DNA of 64,000 bases from Microcoleus sp. Its GTDB lineage: Bacteria > Cyanobacteriota > Cyanobacteriia > Cyanobacteriales > Microcoleaceae. The stretch spans positions 3,904,001-3,968,000 of the forward strand of contig CP181291.1 of the NCBI GenBank assembly GCA_052279835.1, in the 5' to 3' direction. The notes beneath the pieces are model-generated. The model was not told where the DNA came from, ran no database searches, and worked only from the letters and a program-made list of their open reading frames with translations. Shown here piece by piece: positions 62,294-64,000 of the stretch. Position 1 is the first letter of the stretch, and each line of letters begins with the position of its first letter. Made by a program: the position numbers and the translations under genes.

Positions 62294-63832
62294 ATGGACG
62301 TTGAAGAGGCCTTAGAATTTGTTGACCATCTAGCTTTGACTACTACGGGAAAACACTTAGATAGTCTGCAAAAAGCTATATTACGTGGCACTTGGAACAA
62401 TCAGAAATATAAGGAAATTGCGGAAGAACACAACCGTTCAGAGAAATATGTTAAAGAGGTTGGCTTTAAATTATGGAAACTTCTATCAGTTGGATTAGGT
62501 GAGGAACAAGTATGTAAAGCCAATTTTAGAGCAAAGCTGGAAAATTTACGAGTTGGAAATATCTCGCTTTTTGGCAACGGCTGCATCCATATTGGTAACA
62601 TCTCTGCTGATAGTTCACAATCCTCAAAAAATTTACAACCTGAACCGCAATATAACGATAAGTTTAACGAACCAACAAGCAATGCTAAACCAAAAGTATG
62701 TCAAGACTTATCCGACGCACCAGAACCCAACCTATTCTATAACCGCACATCCGAACTTTCCACCCTCGAAAACTGGATTGGGGGCCGCACCCGCCTCATC
62801 ACCATATACGGCTTATCCGGTATTGGCAAAACCGCCCTGACACTCCAACTAATCCCACAAATTCAACACGAATTCGATCGCATAATCTGGCGAAGTCTCC
62901 GCGACGCGCCACCGCTGGCTTCACTCCAAACCGACTTAATTAAATTCCTCTCCCAGCAGCAAGAAACTAACCCCCCCAACCCCCCCTTATCAAGGGGGGG
63001 CGAAGAGATTCAACCTCTTTCTCCCGGGCGCGACGAAGAGATTCAACCTCTTTCTCCCGGGCGCGGCGAAGAGATTCAACCTCTTTCTCCCCCCCTTAGC
63101 AAGGGGGGGTTGGGGGGGGTAATCAACTATTTACGATCGCACCGCTGTCTCATCATCCTCGATGATATCCAAACCATCTTCAGCAGCGGACAACTCGCAG
63201 GAACTTACCAACCAGGCTATGAAAATTACGGCACATTCTTCAAACAAATAGCCGAGTCATCCCACAACAGTTGCCTCATCCTCAACTGTTGGGAAAAACC
63301 CAGAGAAATTGCCGCCTTGGAAGGCGAAAACCGCCCCTGTAAATCCCTGCAACTCAACGGTTTAGGCCCGGAAGCACAAGAAATATTCAGAGAAAAAGGT
63401 TTAGCAGAACCCGATAAATGGTCAGAACTAATCGACCTTTACCGAGGCAATCCCTTATGGTTAAATATAGTTGCCACATTGATTCAAGACTTATTCGGCG
63501 GCAGCGTTTCAGAATTCCTATCCTATGATACCCTATTCTTAGGTGACTTAGAATCACTATTGCAGCAGCAGTGCGATCGCCTAACTGCATCTGAACAACA
63601 AGTTATCGCATGGCTAGCAAGTACCCCAGAACCAGCCGACATCTCAAAAATACCAGAAAATCTGCAACTATCACCGCCAGAACTATTGAAAGTTATCCAA
63701 TCTTTAGGACGACGGTCATTAGTTGAAACAGTAAAACAAAATGGGCGATCGCACTTCACAATCTGGCCAGTAATCAGAGAATATATAATCAACAAAACCA
63801 GCATCAAAAAGCGATCGACTTATCCAGATTAG
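62294..63832 (+). CDS. wHTH-STAND (NB-ARC-like) NTPase without C-terminal repeats
   Basis: N-terminal L..LQ..IL.GTW...Y.EIA...LW..LS domain; GLSGIGKT, IILDD and GNPLWL motifs. Confidence 0.88.
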   Translation: MDVEEALEFVDHLALTTTGKHLDSLQKAILRGTWNNQKYKEIAEEHNRSEKYVKEVGFKLWKLLSVGLGEEQVCKANFRAKLENLRVGNISLFGNGCIHIGNISADSSQSSKNLQPEPQYNDKFNEPTSNAKPKVCQDLSDAPEPNLFYNRTSELSTLENWIGGRTRLITIYGLSGIGKTALTLQLIPQIQHEFDRIIWRSLRDAPPLASLQTDLIKFLSQQQETNPPNPPLSRGGEEIQPLSPGRDEEIQPLSPGRGEEIQPLSPPLSKGGLGGVINYLRSHRCLIILDDIQTIFSSGQLAGTYQPGYENYGTFFKQIAESSHNSCLILNCWEKPREIAALEGENRPCKSLQLNGLGPEAQEIFREKGLAEPDKWSELIDLYRGNPLWLNIVATLIQDLFGGSVSEFLSYDTLFLGDLESLLQQQCDRLTASEQQVIAWLASTPEPADISKIPENLQLSPPELLKVIQSLGRRSLVETVKQNGRSHFTIWPVIREYIINKTSIKKRSTYPD

Positions 63833-64000
63833 TCAAATCGGCAGAAACCGGTTGACTGTCAACTTTCAACATCACCTGACGGTGCAACCGGAATTGATAT
63901 TAGAGCGAATCTGCTACCATCAGAATTATAAAATACAGCTAAATGTCAAAAACCCGGTTTCTGCGTGAATATCTGTCGAAAAAATCGACGATTTTTGGAA

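Overview
64 kb from a filamentous cyanobacterium. Frequent HIP1 (GCGATCGC) sites, 7-bp STRR arrays, REP/SDR-type dispersed repeats and hetR without visible heterocyst or nif genes suggest Oscillatoriales (Microcoleus-like; inference). Contents, in order: a Kdp K+ ATPase locus (kdpA-B-F/G-C, N-terminal-only kdpD, divergent sensor kinase/NarL regulator, NhaP antiporter); housekeeping genes (FBT transporter, carotenoid oxygenase, rpmG, rpsR, RNase II, ictB, msrA, serS, sir, rsmE, cysC, wza/wzc, SSADH plus 2-oxoglutarate decarboxylase); several toxin-antitoxin patches; and the hetR locus. Most notable: (1) a tandem duplication of patX upstream of hetR. One copy keeps ERGSGRR but has a poor signal peptide. 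The other has a clean signal peptide but the motif is replaced by SRNTQRR. Each copy has its own TCCnGA-N17/18-GTATC promoter motif, and a TnpB-deleted IS607 separates them from hetR. (2) An uncharacterised two-gene operon (60765-61534) whose second gene has ADP-ribosyltransferase-like motifs, bracketed by HIP1-containing direct repeats in a TA island. (3) Sulfite reductase with a C-terminal ribbon-helix-helix-like domain. (4) A 45-aa ORF missed by the ORF track, behind three CRP-like sites. (5) In-frame invasion of coding genes by palindromic repeats. Three +1 frameshifts in short homopolymers are probably sequencing errors. All calls come from visual motif recognition; no searches were run.
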